From contig NW_003314308.1 in assembly GCF_000143415.4 (NCBI RefSeq), forward strand, positions 1,344,654-1,408,653: 64,000 bases of DNA. Reading direction: 5' to 3'. Each line of letters begins with the position of its first letter. The first letter of the stretch is position 1. Source of the stretch: Selaginella moellendorffii (taxonomy: Eukaryota > Plantae > Lycopodiophyta). The position numbers and the translations under genes are program-made. Positions 12,325 through 23,677 of this stretch are shown here, piece by piece. The notes beneath the pieces were generated by a model. It did no database searches, was not told the origin of the DNA, and saw nothing but the letters and a program-made list of their open reading frames with translations.

Positions 12325-14925
12325 ATGAGGAAGCTCATCTGCCTCCTCTCCACCGCAGTGCCGCCATGGCCAGATCTGGCCCTAAATCGTACAATTATGG
12401 CACCGTCCCTGCACCACATTGACCGCATGGCCGTCCATGTCACGAATCGAATCCACCTACTGGATATTCCTGAAAAAGCATTGTTTGTTAATAGGCACGT
12501 GGCTTTGTGTGCTAAACCCGTTGATCAGTGACCGAGGGTAATTATGTTTGTATTTTTTATATGGGATGGATGGATGGATGTAGAGGACTCGACTTATAAA
12601 AGGACGATCCTGCTCCAGCAAATCTCGTTTGCAAACGATCGCTAGGGTGGGATACTTAGGGCTCTTGGCAAGAATGTGGGCAGCGGGGCTATGGCGGAGT
12701 CGTGGTTTGCAGTCTAACTTTTCTCTCTGCCTCATGAATGATTTGCTTGCTTGCTCAGCTGGATTGCGGCGCGCATTCAGCACCACAGCCCGGAAGATCC
12801 TTCTCGAGCTCACCGATATGACGTAAGTAGTTCTTGCGAGGAAAGGAATGATAACAATGTATGTGTTTGTGTGTTTCCAGTGTTCCTCACACTTGGTATC
12901 CTTACGCGCGGACGATGAAGAGGCGGATCATTCTCTACATTGGCCCGACCAACAGCGGCAAAACATTCACTGCCTTGCAAAGTCTCCAGCGAGCTTCTTC
13001 AGGTTTGCTTCTTCTTCCAAAGGCAAAAACATTTATACACTCGAAGAGGAAGAAAGAACTGTTTTCTTTCTTGCGCTACCTAATGCTTGGCTTCTCTCAT
13101 CCAGGAACTTACTGCGGTCCCTTGCGTCTCCTCGCCTGGAAGTGGCAGAGAAGCTCAACTCTCTCAATGTACCATGCAGTCTTCTCACTGGACAGGAGCG
13201 CAACGAAGTCGAGGGAGCACAGCACAAAGCGATGACTGTCGAGATGGCGGACATCACTCGCGAGTACGAGTGTGCCGTCATTGACGAGATCCAGGCAAGA
13301 ACAAAAATATTTCTCGTTTGTTTCTCATGTTTGTGTCTCAGATGATAGGATGCTCCAAAAGAGGATACGCTTTCACTCGCGCTTGGTTTGGTCTTGCTGC
13401 CAAAGAGATACACTTGTGTGGAGATCCGTGTGTAGTGGCTCTTATTCAGAACCTGCTGGAACGCACTTAGGATACACATGAGGTATTACTAGATCATTCA
13501 CTGGATGATTTCCTGATCTTTTTTCCCAGGTCAGGTGTTACCTCCGCTTGTACCTCTTAATGAACCTCTACGTGATATTAGACGTATTCGGGGCGGAGAT
13601 TGCATTGTAAGCTTCTCGCGTGATGAGATACACACCTACAAGGTAATATAGGTGGCGATTGGTTTGTAAGAAGATAAACGTTTTGTCGTTCATTTCAGCG
13701 AGACATTTGAGGCATTGCATCCGGCAATCAACTGCTCGGTCGTGTATGGATCTCTTCCTCCAGAGACTCGCACCAAACAGGTAACGCTATCAGGCATTTA
13801 TACGAGTTCTTCCTTTCCTTTTTTTTTTATTTCGCTCTGTGATTGAAAAACGGGTCTTTATTTCTCGGCTTTCAGCAAGGCCGACGAGGACTTTAGCATA
13901 CTTGTCGCCAGCGACGCGATCGGGATGGGTCTAAATCTTAATATCCAGCATCATCTTCACGAAGCTGGACAAGTTCGATGGCATCGCTCGCTGCTACCTC
14001 AGTGTCATGCAAGTGAAGCAAATTGCAGGTATGGATGGTCTCACATTTTAAACGACTTCACTCCTATCACTTGTGTGACAGGCCGAGCTGGAAGATATCA
14101 AATAGGCCTGTGCTGTAGCTTTTATCCGAACTTCCCGTTTTCGGCTATACTGGTGTGCTCGTGTTTTGCGCTTGATTCGCTTTCTAACTTGTACACCTTT
14201 GCAGGAAAAGTTCATTGCTACCGTTACTGTGTCTTCAATGTTCTTTCTGTGTGACTCTACAAATCTTTTGGCGATAGCGAGGATGCTTGACGACATTCCA
14301 CTGCCCATGGATTCCCGTTTCCTTTTCTGTACATGGTAACACTCGTCGTTTTTGCTGGCTTCAACTCAATGCGCTTGTGCAGCCCCGTGGGTAAAGATAA
14401 CGGTATAATCATGGTAGCTTTACTCGAGGTATGGTTGTTCCACAATATCGTATGTTTGCTTTCTAGCATTGTTTTATCTTTTCCATAGTTTGCTAGGAAC
14501 TATGCGGTCAATAGGAGTGTCCCACTGAAGAGGCTTCTAACACCTGCAACAATGTGAGTCCCAAGCACACAAAAGGATCTAGCGGAACTGGAGTCCGTAC
14601 ACAAGGTTCGCTTGTCTGGCTTTGCAACCTGTTATAACTCGCTCCAGGTTCTTGATATGTATATTTGGCTGAGCTATCGACTGGAGGACGCGTTCGTCGA
14701 TCGTGATCGCACAGAAACACCTGTGCAGCGCGTAAGATCTCTTTGTGTCAGCTTGCATTCCAACTGATCTTGTCCACTCCAGATTGATCGAGCAGGCACT
14801 GAGCTGTCGAGCCGGAAGGCTGCCAAGCGCGAACTGATCCAGAATCTCATCGAGGAAGGGCGTTTGCCAGAGGATGAAACCCCCGGAGCTCAGCGCGCGA
14901 GTATGTGCAACCTCAACATAGGACA
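12325..14925 (+). pseudogene. Near full-length SUV3 pseudogene
   Basis: Has Walker A GPTNSGKT, YCGPLRLLA and DEIQ. Lesions: 1-nt loss at ~13138 (tggaagtg), 2-nt loss at ~13947, a missing exon block near 14097, and CGA>TGA at ~14555 relative to the copy at 1-1560. Confidence 0.9.
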
Positions 14926-14993
14926 AGTTGATAACTTTTGTTTAACGGTGGAAAACATTTTAAAAACCATCGCCACATTTTTAGGTTTGTGGA

Positions 14994-16073
14994 ATGGGGA
15001 GGAAGGCATGGGCGATGGTGATGTGCTGCGAAGAGCTGGTAGCTCTGATCGTCACGTATCTGGGTCGGCGGGATCTGGCACGGTGCTGTAGCGTCTCCAA
15101 GCTGTGGAACCAGTGCTGCCGCTGGCAGCTCGCCCACGGCCGCGGATTAGGGTTTCTCATCGCCCCTACCGAAGGATCCAAGCTATGGATGTGCGATTCC
15201 AACACTGGGGAGGAGCAGTGGGTGCCTCTAGGTCTCTCTGATTCGGCTGTGCTGGGAGCTTGCGAAGGATTGGTGCTTATAGAATCGGGTGGGGTGCTGG
15301 CGATTGGCGAGCCCAGCGTGAAGCGGTGGAAGCTCTTGTGGAGGCCGCGGATTGATGCAATATCGGCTTGGCTGGGTCGTGTGCAAGGCCAGCTTCTCAT
15401 CCTCATCATCGACAAGTCCGGCGCCGTGCAAAAGTACGATTTCGCCAACGATTCTTGGATAGATGTTTGCCGCCCGTCGAGGAGGATCGCTCTTATGGAG
15501 GAATGCGTCTTAATCAGGGGCGGCTGCTACAGGCTCTTCGAAAAGTTGACGCATGGCCATGACTACGTGTTTGATGATATTTACAAGCTGGATCTGAGGC
15601 GTGGAGTGTGGGACAAGATGAACATGAGACGTGAATCTGTTCGCAAATTCGAGTGCCTCCGGATAGAGAAAAAGGTGGTAGAATGGCGAGGCAAGGCCCT
15701 CATGTATACTCTTAAGGTGTTTGACCAGGAGGAGGAGCTACGAGAGGGCAGGGGATTCGACACTCCAAGACTGTATGAGCTACTGGTTGATAAGGGAAAG
15801 GTGGTGGAGCTCCCGACGCGGCTGGACGCAGCCATCCTGAACCCTTACAAGTACGAGGTGGTGTCTGATGACTATGACCTCTTTTGGATAACTGGAGACA
15901 GAAATGTGTTCAAGTATTCGGTGGCCGATTTGTCCTTCAACAAGCTGGTTCTGGACTCTGATGCTGCGCCGAATTTATACCTCCCGAGAGCTTTCTTCTA
16001 TATTCCTGACGGTGGGGAGGCCTTGTCTCGCAACATCTTGTCACATTTGCCTGATGTACCACATGATTATTAG
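14994..16073 (+). CDS. Intronless F-box protein (copy 2, 359 aa)
   Basis: Intact ORF almost identical to copy 1. Confidence 0.85.
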   Translation: MGRKAWAMVMCCEELVALIVTYLGRRDLARCCSVSKLWNQCCRWQLAHGRGLGFLIAPTEGSKLWMCDSNTGEEQWVPLGLSDSAVLGACEGLVLIESGGVLAIGEPSVKRWKLLWRPRIDAISAWLGRVQGQLLILIIDKSGAVQKYDFANDSWIDVCRPSRRIALMEECVLIRGGCYRLFEKLTHGHDYVFDDIYKLDLRRGVWDKMNMRRESVRKFECLRIEKKVVEWRGKALMYTLKVFDQEEELREGRGFDTPRLYELLVDKGKVVELPTRLDAAILNPYKYEVVSDDYDLFWITGDRNVFKYSVADLSFNKLVLDSDAAPNLYLPRAFFYIPDGGEALSRNILSHLPDVPHDY

Positions 16074-16399
16074 AGCATTGTGTCGTAGTGTCACCCGGAG
16101 GTGCATTCATTTTCTCATTCGTGGAAATACACTTCCCAAGGTGACGGTTCTTTACTTGGACTTCATCAAGTCGAGTGTGATTTACTGTGATGGGGTTGTG
16201 GGTTCTGGGAACTGGGACGCCAAGTGACGAATGGCTCCGGGTGCTAGACGTGGAATTTCTTTTGCAGATGAGAGACCTGCATCCATGGTTACCAAGTCCA
16301 ACAGATTTGTAGCGGCCAACAATTTATGTGATTTATTTGTGAGCACACAACATGTCAGCGCAAGTCCAGGTCAGCAAAAACGAGAATATTTTACGGTAG

Positions 16400-17960
16400 A
16401 GCTGCCGCCAGGAGATCATCGCGCAGAGAGATTGGTGTTTCGAGAGATTTGCGAATCCAACGTTTTCTCGTGGAACATCTTGGCCGGAGCATATGCCCAG
16501 AGCGGGCATAAAGAAAGTTTTCGACGAGATATACTGAGGAAATGTCACATGGTGTCGAGCATGGTTTTTCTTCGATAGGAAGCAATCTGTTTGTCCAGAT
16601 GGTCAAGGTTAGTCAATCGTGGTAAACGGCGGCCATGAGCGCGTAAGCCGAGGAGCACGTTCTTTCTCTTGGACATTGAGGAGCTCCTCACGTCCAAGAG
16701 AAAGAACGTGCTCCTCGGCTTACGACCCTCGCTACACCCACGTGCCCAGGTCTCCTGCTCGCGTCGATCACACTGCCCTTTCTGCGTCGCATCGGCTAAG
16801 TCCCACGACGAGAGCGCTCCAGGAGATGAGACCTCCCGACGACGAGGAAGAGGCGAAGAATCTCTCGGCCTCGTCCATGCTGCCGCATCGCCCATACGCA
16901 TCCACCAGGCAGCTCGCCACGACCGGGTCGATGAGATCTCGCCCCAATTCATGGCTCGCGCGGTCGATCTCGGCGTGGAGCTTGCGAATTCCTTCCAGAT
17001 TCATCGCAGTGGGACGATCGAGCGAGATGACCGCATCGCCGCGAGCAGTGCCAGGGACTCCTGGGGCTGGCCATAGCCGAGGATCAAAACGTTCCAAGGC
17101 GCCGGGTCTTCGTCCCGGCGAAGATCCTATGCGCCTCGATCGTGCTCCACACTTGGAGTACATATTGAGGCCACGAATCGATCCAGCTTCACGCTCAGAC
17201 CGCGAGCTGTCGCGTGGATCGTCTCCACTTTGATCACACAAACACCTCCATCGCTATCGATGGATTCGGGGATTCGGGATGATTGCTCGCTGGCAGCCAT
17301 GCTCGTGCACGCATTGGCGGCCGCGACGATCGTCCCAAAAATCTCTCTTTTCGATCTATCCAGCATCGTCATCTGCGAGAAGACATCCAGCGCCATCGCT
17401 GCCTGGCAACTGGATTGGCGATGATCAAACTTGTCAAGCACCGCTCGAGCTAGATCCACGCTTCCACACTTTGCGTAGAGATCCACCAGCGTGCTCGCGA
17501 CGAACACGTCCAGATCAAAACCTCTCTTTGCTGCCTCGCTGTGGAGAAATATAGCTCGCACCATCTTCATCGCCGCCAACTTTCCAGAAAATTTCGCCGT
17601 TCTTCCCTCGCGGCCAGCCCAGAACACGACTTGAGCGCCCACAAAACTCCTGGCACTGGATCGATTGGTGCTGCTCGCCATGAATTCTTGGAACAGTTCT
17701 AATCCCGAGATCATGGAAGTCCACGAGACAACGTCGAGGTTTCCATTCCTCGAAGATCATCCGAGCGGCAGGATTTCCCATACGCGTCGACGTCGACCAA
17801 AGCGCTGGCGACGAGCACGTCTGTGTGCCATCCGGCTTGCTCGCACCAAGCTCTTGATTTGGAGCTCACGCGATCAAGAAAATCGGTTTTCTCGATCGCT
17901 GCTAGCTTGCTGCAAGCTTTGAGAGCCGCCAGAAACGTCGCGCCGTCTGATCTGCGAGTT
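16400..17960 (-). pseudogene. Degenerate PLS-class PPR gene (duplicate of 5270-6620), plus a short + strand PPR scrap at ~16410-16510
   Basis: Same PPR fragments as 5270-6620 with different indels; VFREICESNVFSWNILAGAYAQSGH on the + strand. Confidence 0.85.
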
Positions 17961-18351
17961 GGAGCAATTGTAAAGCCATTTAAATGGCTTGCGTACCTTC
18001 GAAAATCCATGGCGCCCCACAGCACACGCGCCATAGCCATGGTCTTATCTAACGGTACGGAGTGCCAGAGAATGTCTCTCCGTCTTCGACAAACATACTA
18101 CACTCCATTGTCCAAATCGTGGAAGACATTGAACACTCTGCACAAGCTCTTAGACTACTGTGATCGCAGCATTTCCCGGAATAGGCATCCCTCAATCTTG
18201 ACAACAATGCTCAACAATGCTGCACGAAGAAGCCACGGAACCTTCGTCCTTCCTTAAACTCCGACCTTTCCTGACCTGTGTCCTTTTAAACCGCTCAAGC
18301 GTGAACTGATCCAGAATCTCAGCAACTCGAAACATTTTGGGTTTAAACGGA

Positions 18352-19410
18352 ATGGCGAGGAAGGCATGGGCGATGGTGGTGTGCTGCGAAGAGCTGGTAG
18401 CTCTGATCGTCACAAATCTGGGTCGGCGGGATCTGGGACGCTACTGCAGCGTCTCCAAGTTATGGAACCAATGCTGCCGCTGGCAGCTCGCCCACGGTCG
18501 CGGATTAGGGTTTCTCATCGCCCCTGCCGAAGGATCTAAGCTATGGATGTGCGATTCCAACTCTGGGGAGGAGCAGTGGGTGCCACTAGGTATCTCTGAT
18601 TCAGCTGTGCTGGGAACTTGCGAGGGATTGGTGCTTATAGAATCGGGTGGGGTGCTGGCGATTGGCGAGCCCAGCGTGAAGCGGTGGAAGCTCTTGTGGA
18701 GGCCGCGGATTGATGCAATATCGGCTTGGCTGGGTCGTGTGCAAGGCCAGCTTCTCATCCTCATCATCGACAAGTCCGGCGCCGTGCAAAAGTACGATTT
18801 CGCCAGCGATTCTTGGATAGATGTTTGCCGCCCGTCGAGGAGGATCGCTCTAATGGAGGAATGCGTCTTAATCAGGGGCGGCTGCTACAGGCTCTTTCGA
18901 AAGCATCGCACGTTTGATGGCATTTACAAGTTGGATCTGAGGCGTGGAGTGTGGGACAAGATGCACCTGAGCCGTGAATCTGCCCGCAAATTCGAGTTCG
19001 GGACAGAAAAAAAGGTGGTGGAATGGCGAGGCAAGACCCTCATGTACAGCCTTAAGGTGTTTGACCAGGAGGAAGAGCTACGAGAGTGCAGGGGATTCGA
19101 TACTCCAAGACTGTATGAGCTACTGGTTGATGAGGGAAAGGTGGTGGAGCTTCCGACGCGGCTGGATGCAGCCAATATCCTGAGCCCTGAGTTGGCCGAG
19201 GTGGTGTCTGATGACTATGACCTCTTTTGGATAACTGGAGACAGAGATGTGTTCAAGTATTCGGTGGTGGACTCGTTCTTTAACAAGCTGGTACAGGGCT
19301 CTGATCCTGCGCCAATCGATGCGGGAGCTTTCTTCTATATTCCTGACGGTGGGGAGGCCTTGTCTCGCAACATTTTGTCACATTTGCCTGATGTACCACA
19401 TGATTATTAG
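18352..19410 (+). CDS. Intronless F-box protein (copy 3, 352 aa)
   Basis: ATG at 18352 (MARKAWAMVVCCEEL); intact ORF paralogous to copies 1 and 2. Confidence 0.85.
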   Translation: MARKAWAMVVCCEELVALIVTNLGRRDLGRYCSVSKLWNQCCRWQLAHGRGLGFLIAPAEGSKLWMCDSNSGEEQWVPLGISDSAVLGTCEGLVLIESGGVLAIGEPSVKRWKLLWRPRIDAISAWLGRVQGQLLILIIDKSGAVQKYDFASDSWIDVCRPSRRIALMEECVLIRGGCYRLFRKHRTFDGIYKLDLRRGVWDKMHLSRESARKFEFGTEKKVVEWRGKTLMYSLKVFDQEEELRECRGFDTPRLYELLVDEGKVVELPTRLDAANILSPELAEVVSDDYDLFWITGDRDVFKYSVVDSFFNKLVQGSDPAPIDAGAFFYIPDGGEALSRNILSHLPDVPHDY

Positions 19411-19469
19411 AGCTTCGCGCGAGTGGTCGTAATCACAACTCTGAGCTTCTCGATCTGGAGTTGCCAAGA

Positions 19470-20025
19470 AGGTGAGTGGTTCCTTATATAGAAGTACAGA
19501 AGACTGATTCTACATCACTTCCACCATCGCGTTCCAATCAATCTCCGGGAACCAACTCCATTTGCTCCACGACCTGCAGGTTTCTCCGAAGCAGCCATGG
19601 CGGGCGCCACCGGAGGTCAAGAAGAATGGGACAGCCTTGTCCTCTTCTCGGCCCGGAGCAAAGGTTTCGAAATCGATCTTTGTAGACGTGAGGCAGCCTG
19701 TTTGCAAACGATGGAGACGTCGCAACAATTTGGCCTGCGGGAATGTTATACTCAGATTAGTGATCATGGATCTTTGTGGCAGTAGCGCATCAGCGTGATG
19801 AAGGCGGATGCAATTTCAGTGCCTCCTTCATGCAGCGGTGCAACACGTCCATCTCGCTCACGATATCATAGTCAAGCTTTTAGCCATCCTCGGTGGTGGA
19901 GCGCCCAGTGGCACAGTACTTGGAATCAATGAAAACCTGGGGCATGTCCGTAAATCGATCGAAGACGCTGTCCAGCTCCTTTCGAGCTCGGTCTCTCCGT
20001 CGGTGAGCAAGAGACGGTGAGCAAG
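19470..20025 (-). pseudogene. Eroded CYP51 (exons 2-3)
   Basis: EEDKAVPFFLTSGGARHGCFGET..FPEIDWNAMV and other blocks are collinear with 21760-22635, with many short deletions. Confidence 0.85.
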
Positions 20026-20049
20026 ACGCTGATCAATCCATGGTCCCAG

Positions 20050-20420
20050 CTGGAAAGCTTATTGTCAGCGTAGCCGGCCACCGAGAGTGGCAAAGACACA
20101 AACAACTATGTCGCGAACTCTCTGATCGGTATGTACGCGAAATGTGACAGGATGGCCGAAGCTCGCCGTGTTTTCGATAACCGTTGTTTCATGGAACTCT
20201 CTCATCCTACGAGCGTGAATCTCCAAGTCTTTGAATCGAGCAGCGGACTTGAGATCGAAGATCACCGATGAGACCAGAGGATCTGATGAAAGAATGTGTG
20301 TTCCAGGCAGCACTGATGCTGCTTCTCTTGAAGTTTTCATGTGTGATCTGCCAAGAAAGAAGAAGAGCTTACTAACATCCTATAGAGAAAATATCTTACC
20401 TCGAAAATCTATGGTAGCCG
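20050..20420. pseudogene. PPR 5' relic with an internal inversion
   Basis: Matches 6670-7060, except that 20077-20208 is the reverse complement of ~6701-6815. Confidence 0.75.
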
Positions 20421-20568
20421 CTACCACATTTCTTGCAAATCGGAGAGTAGATCTTCTCACGCTCATGTTGTGTTTGAGCAATTTTAAACCTTCGAAAATC
20501 CATTGCGCATTCTTCGTAATGGCAGGATGGATTTAGTGCCCTATCGAGCAGGCACTAGTCGGCCTATA

Positions 20569-21636
20569 ATGGCGAGAAAGGCATGGGCGATGGTGGTGTG
20601 CTGCGAAGAGCTGGTAGCTCTGATCGTCACAAATTTGGGTCGGCGGGATCTGGCACGGTGCTGCAGCGTCTCCAAGCTATGGAACCGATGCTGCCGCTGG
20701 CAGCTCGCCCATGGGCGCGGATTAGGGTTTCTCATCGCCGCGGCCAAAGGATCCAAACTATGGATGTGCGATTCCAACACTGGGGAGGAGCAGTGGGCGC
20801 CGCTAGGCATCGCTCATTCGGAGGTGGTGGGAACTTGCGAAGGATTGGTGCTTATAGAATCGGGTGGGGTGCTGGCGATTGGCGAGCCCAGCGTCAAGCG
20901 ATGGAAGCTCTTGTGGAGGCCGCGGATCGACACAAAATCGGCTTGGCTGGGTCGTGTGCATGGCCAGCTTCTCATCCTCATCATCGATAAGTCCGGCGCC
21001 GTGCAAAAGTACGATTGTGCCACAGACTCCTGGATAGATGTTTGCCGCCCGTCGAGGAGGATCGCTCTTATGGAGGAATGCGTCTTAATCAGGGGCGGCT
21101 GCTACAGGCTCTTTCGAAAACATCGCACGTTTGATGGCATTTACAAGTTGGATCTGAGGCGTGGAGTGTGGGACAAGATGCACATGAGCCGTAAATCTAC
21201 CCACAAATTCGAGTACCTCATGGTAAGCCAAAAGGTGGTGGAATGGCGAGGCAAGGCCCTCATGTATACTCTTAAGCTGTTTGACCGGGAGGAGGAGCTC
21301 CGAGAGGGCAGGGCATTTGACACTCCAAGACTGTATGAGCTACTGGCTGACGAGGGAAAGGTGGTGGAGCTTCCGACGCGGCTGGACGCAGCCATGCTGA
21401 ACCCTTACCAGTACGAGCTGGTGTCTGATGACTATGACCTCTTTTGGATAACTCGAAAGAGAGACGTGGTCAAGTATTCGGTGGTGGATTCGTCTTTCGA
21501 CAAGCTGGCACAGGGCTTTGATACTGCGCCGAATTTGTTACTCGAGGCGGGAGCTTACTACTATATTCCTGACGGTGGGGAAGCTCTGTCTCGCAACATT
21601 TTGTCACATTTGCCCGATTTACCACATGATTATTAG
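20569..21636 (+). CDS. Intronless F-box protein (copy 4, 355 aa)
   Basis: ATG at 20569; intact, most divergent paralogue; lies tail-to-tail with CYP51. Confidence 0.85.
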   Translation: MARKAWAMVVCCEELVALIVTNLGRRDLARCCSVSKLWNRCCRWQLAHGRGLGFLIAAAKGSKLWMCDSNTGEEQWAPLGIAHSEVVGTCEGLVLIESGGVLAIGEPSVKRWKLLWRPRIDTKSAWLGRVHGQLLILIIDKSGAVQKYDCATDSWIDVCRPSRRIALMEECVLIRGGCYRLFRKHRTFDGIYKLDLRRGVWDKMHMSRKSTHKFEYLMVSQKVVEWRGKALMYTLKLFDREEELREGRAFDTPRLYELLADEGKVVELPTRLDAAMLNPYQYELVSDDYDLFWITRKRDVVKYSVVDSSFDKLAQGFDTAPNLLLEAGAYYYIPDGGEALSRNILSHLPDLPHDY

Positions 21637-21793
21637 AGCTTTGCACGAGTGTTCGTAGTTTCTTCTCTAAAGCTCGAGCTTCTTGAGCATGAAATGTGTC
21701 CTCTTTTGTTTTGTAAAGATAGAAAAAGTGAAAAACAAAGAACCAAGACTGGTTCCTTATATAAAAATACAAAAGGTTGATTCTTCAGAATGA

Positions 21794-23418
21794 TCAGGCA
21801 AGCAGCTTTCTCTTGTAGCGAACCATCACCTTGCCTTTTGGTCCGACCACCATTGCGTTCCAATCAATCTCCGGGAACGGAGAAACCAGCTCCATCTCAA
21901 AGTTTCGGAGAAGAATGCTCCACACCGTCTTTACCTGCATGTATCCAAAGGTTTCTCCGAGGCAGCCATGGCGACCGCCACCGAAGGAGGTGTAGGAGAA
22001 TGGGACAGCCTTGTCCTCCTCCCGGCCGGGAGCAAAGCGCTCGGGATCGAAGCTGTCGGGATCCTTGAAGACGTGAGGCAGCCTGTTGGCAAACGCTGGA
22101 GACGTCGCAACAATGTGGCCCGCGGGAATGTTATACTCGACGCCGTCTCGAGTGGTGACCGAGAAATCTTTGTGGCAGTAGCGCATCAGCATGATGAGAG
22201 GCGGATGCAATCTCAGTGCCTCCTTCATGCAGCGGTGCAACACGTCCATCTCGCTCACGATATCATAGTCGAGCTTGTCCCCGACTTTAGCCATCACGTT
22301 TCTCTGTTCTTCGACGGCAGAGTCCCAGTAGTTTTTATAGCTGGAAGTGCAAAAGTGAGAAATCGGTCACGCAAGAAAGAGAACTTACGTGAGAAGATAA
22401 GCTCCAGTCCATGTCGAGGTGATGGAGCTCGTGTGCTGCCCGGCAAAGAGCGCTGCGATGAGCAAACCGGTGATCTCATCCTCGGTGGTGGAGCGCCCAG
22501 TGGCGCGGTACTTGGAATCGATGAAAACCTGGAGCATGTCCGTTTCACTTCGTCCGGAACTCTTCCGGTTGCCGATGATCTTGGCGAAGACGCTGGCCAG
22601 TTCCTTCCGAGCTCGGTCTCTCCGTCGGTGAGCGGGGATCGGCAAGTATGGAAACAAGACGCTTATCGGCTGCATTCCATTGTCCAAGTCGTGGAAGAGA
22701 TTGCTCACGTCCTCAAAGAGCTGGTTTCGGACCTCGCTCCCAAGCAAGCAACGGCTGGCCGTAAGGATGATGAGACGCTCCAGCTCTTCTTTAAGATCAA
22801 CCTCTCCTTCGTCACCCCACTTGGAGAAGAAAAGCTGCAAGCAAGCAAGCAAAGTGGTTCTAGCTCAGCGAGAAAAAAGAATCTTTCTAGAAGAGAGAAA
22901 GAAAAGCGAGATTTTGATTTGCACACCTGAGCTTCTTCCACCATGTAGTCCACGTACGTCTTCAATCGGCTCACCTTGAGCGCCTCGGTGAAGAAGCGAA
23001 ACTGTTCCATCCGGACAGAGTAATCCACGTCGAAGACCACTCCGGGGCCGAAAGTGGGGACATTGAATTGGTAGACCTCCTTTTGGCTCAGCTCGGACTC
23101 CTGGGCCTTGTAGAAATGGGAAGAAACGTCGGGACCGATCAAGAATGTGATCTTGCGCGTGACAATGTTGACGGTGAAGACGCTGCCCAGGCGCTGGTAC
23201 TCCTGCCGCAGCATCACAATCGGCCCCTTGACGAACTTGAGAAGCCCTCCCACGATTGGGACAGAATCCACCACTGGAGGAAGGCGATTTCGGCTCCTGC
23301 TTCCGCCGCTGCTGCTCCTCCACCATGATAACAGCCACAGGCAGCAAGTAGTTCCCACTAGCAGCAGCAGCGCGGCCGCCACGGTCGATCGATCCGCCTC
23401 CATGGCCTTTACCTCCAT
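21794..23418 (-). CDS. CYP51G1: Sterol (obtusifoliol) 14-alpha-demethylase, cytochrome P450 CYP51G1, 494 aa
   Basis: Exons 23418-22927, 22834-22389 and 22340-21794 total 1485 nt in frame. Motifs: YQFNVPTFGPGVVFD, AGQHTSS (CYP51 I-helix), EALR, PERF and FGGGRHGCLGE. N-terminal membrane anchor. Confidence 0.97.
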
Positions 23419-23677
23419 CTCTAGATCTTGCCCTAAATCCGAGATGAGAACGTTAACTCCGGACCGTCCAATTGTCAGTGACGCCAGCTGTTGGATAAAC
23501 TAAAATATCGCTGGCATCAAGTTTGTAATATAACGATTTCTATGGGTATCTCTTACAGGTAGCAAAACGGTGACAGTGTTCATCCACACACGCAAAAGCG
23601 ATGTTTCCAGATTATGCTTTTGAAACTTTCCAACTTCCAGTGTCCAATTTGCGGCCGATTCGACTCATATTGACTTG

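Noticed and set aside
21968-22930. 320-aa + strand ORF
   Set aside because: It is the antisense shadow of GC-rich CYP51 exons and has no motifs of its own.
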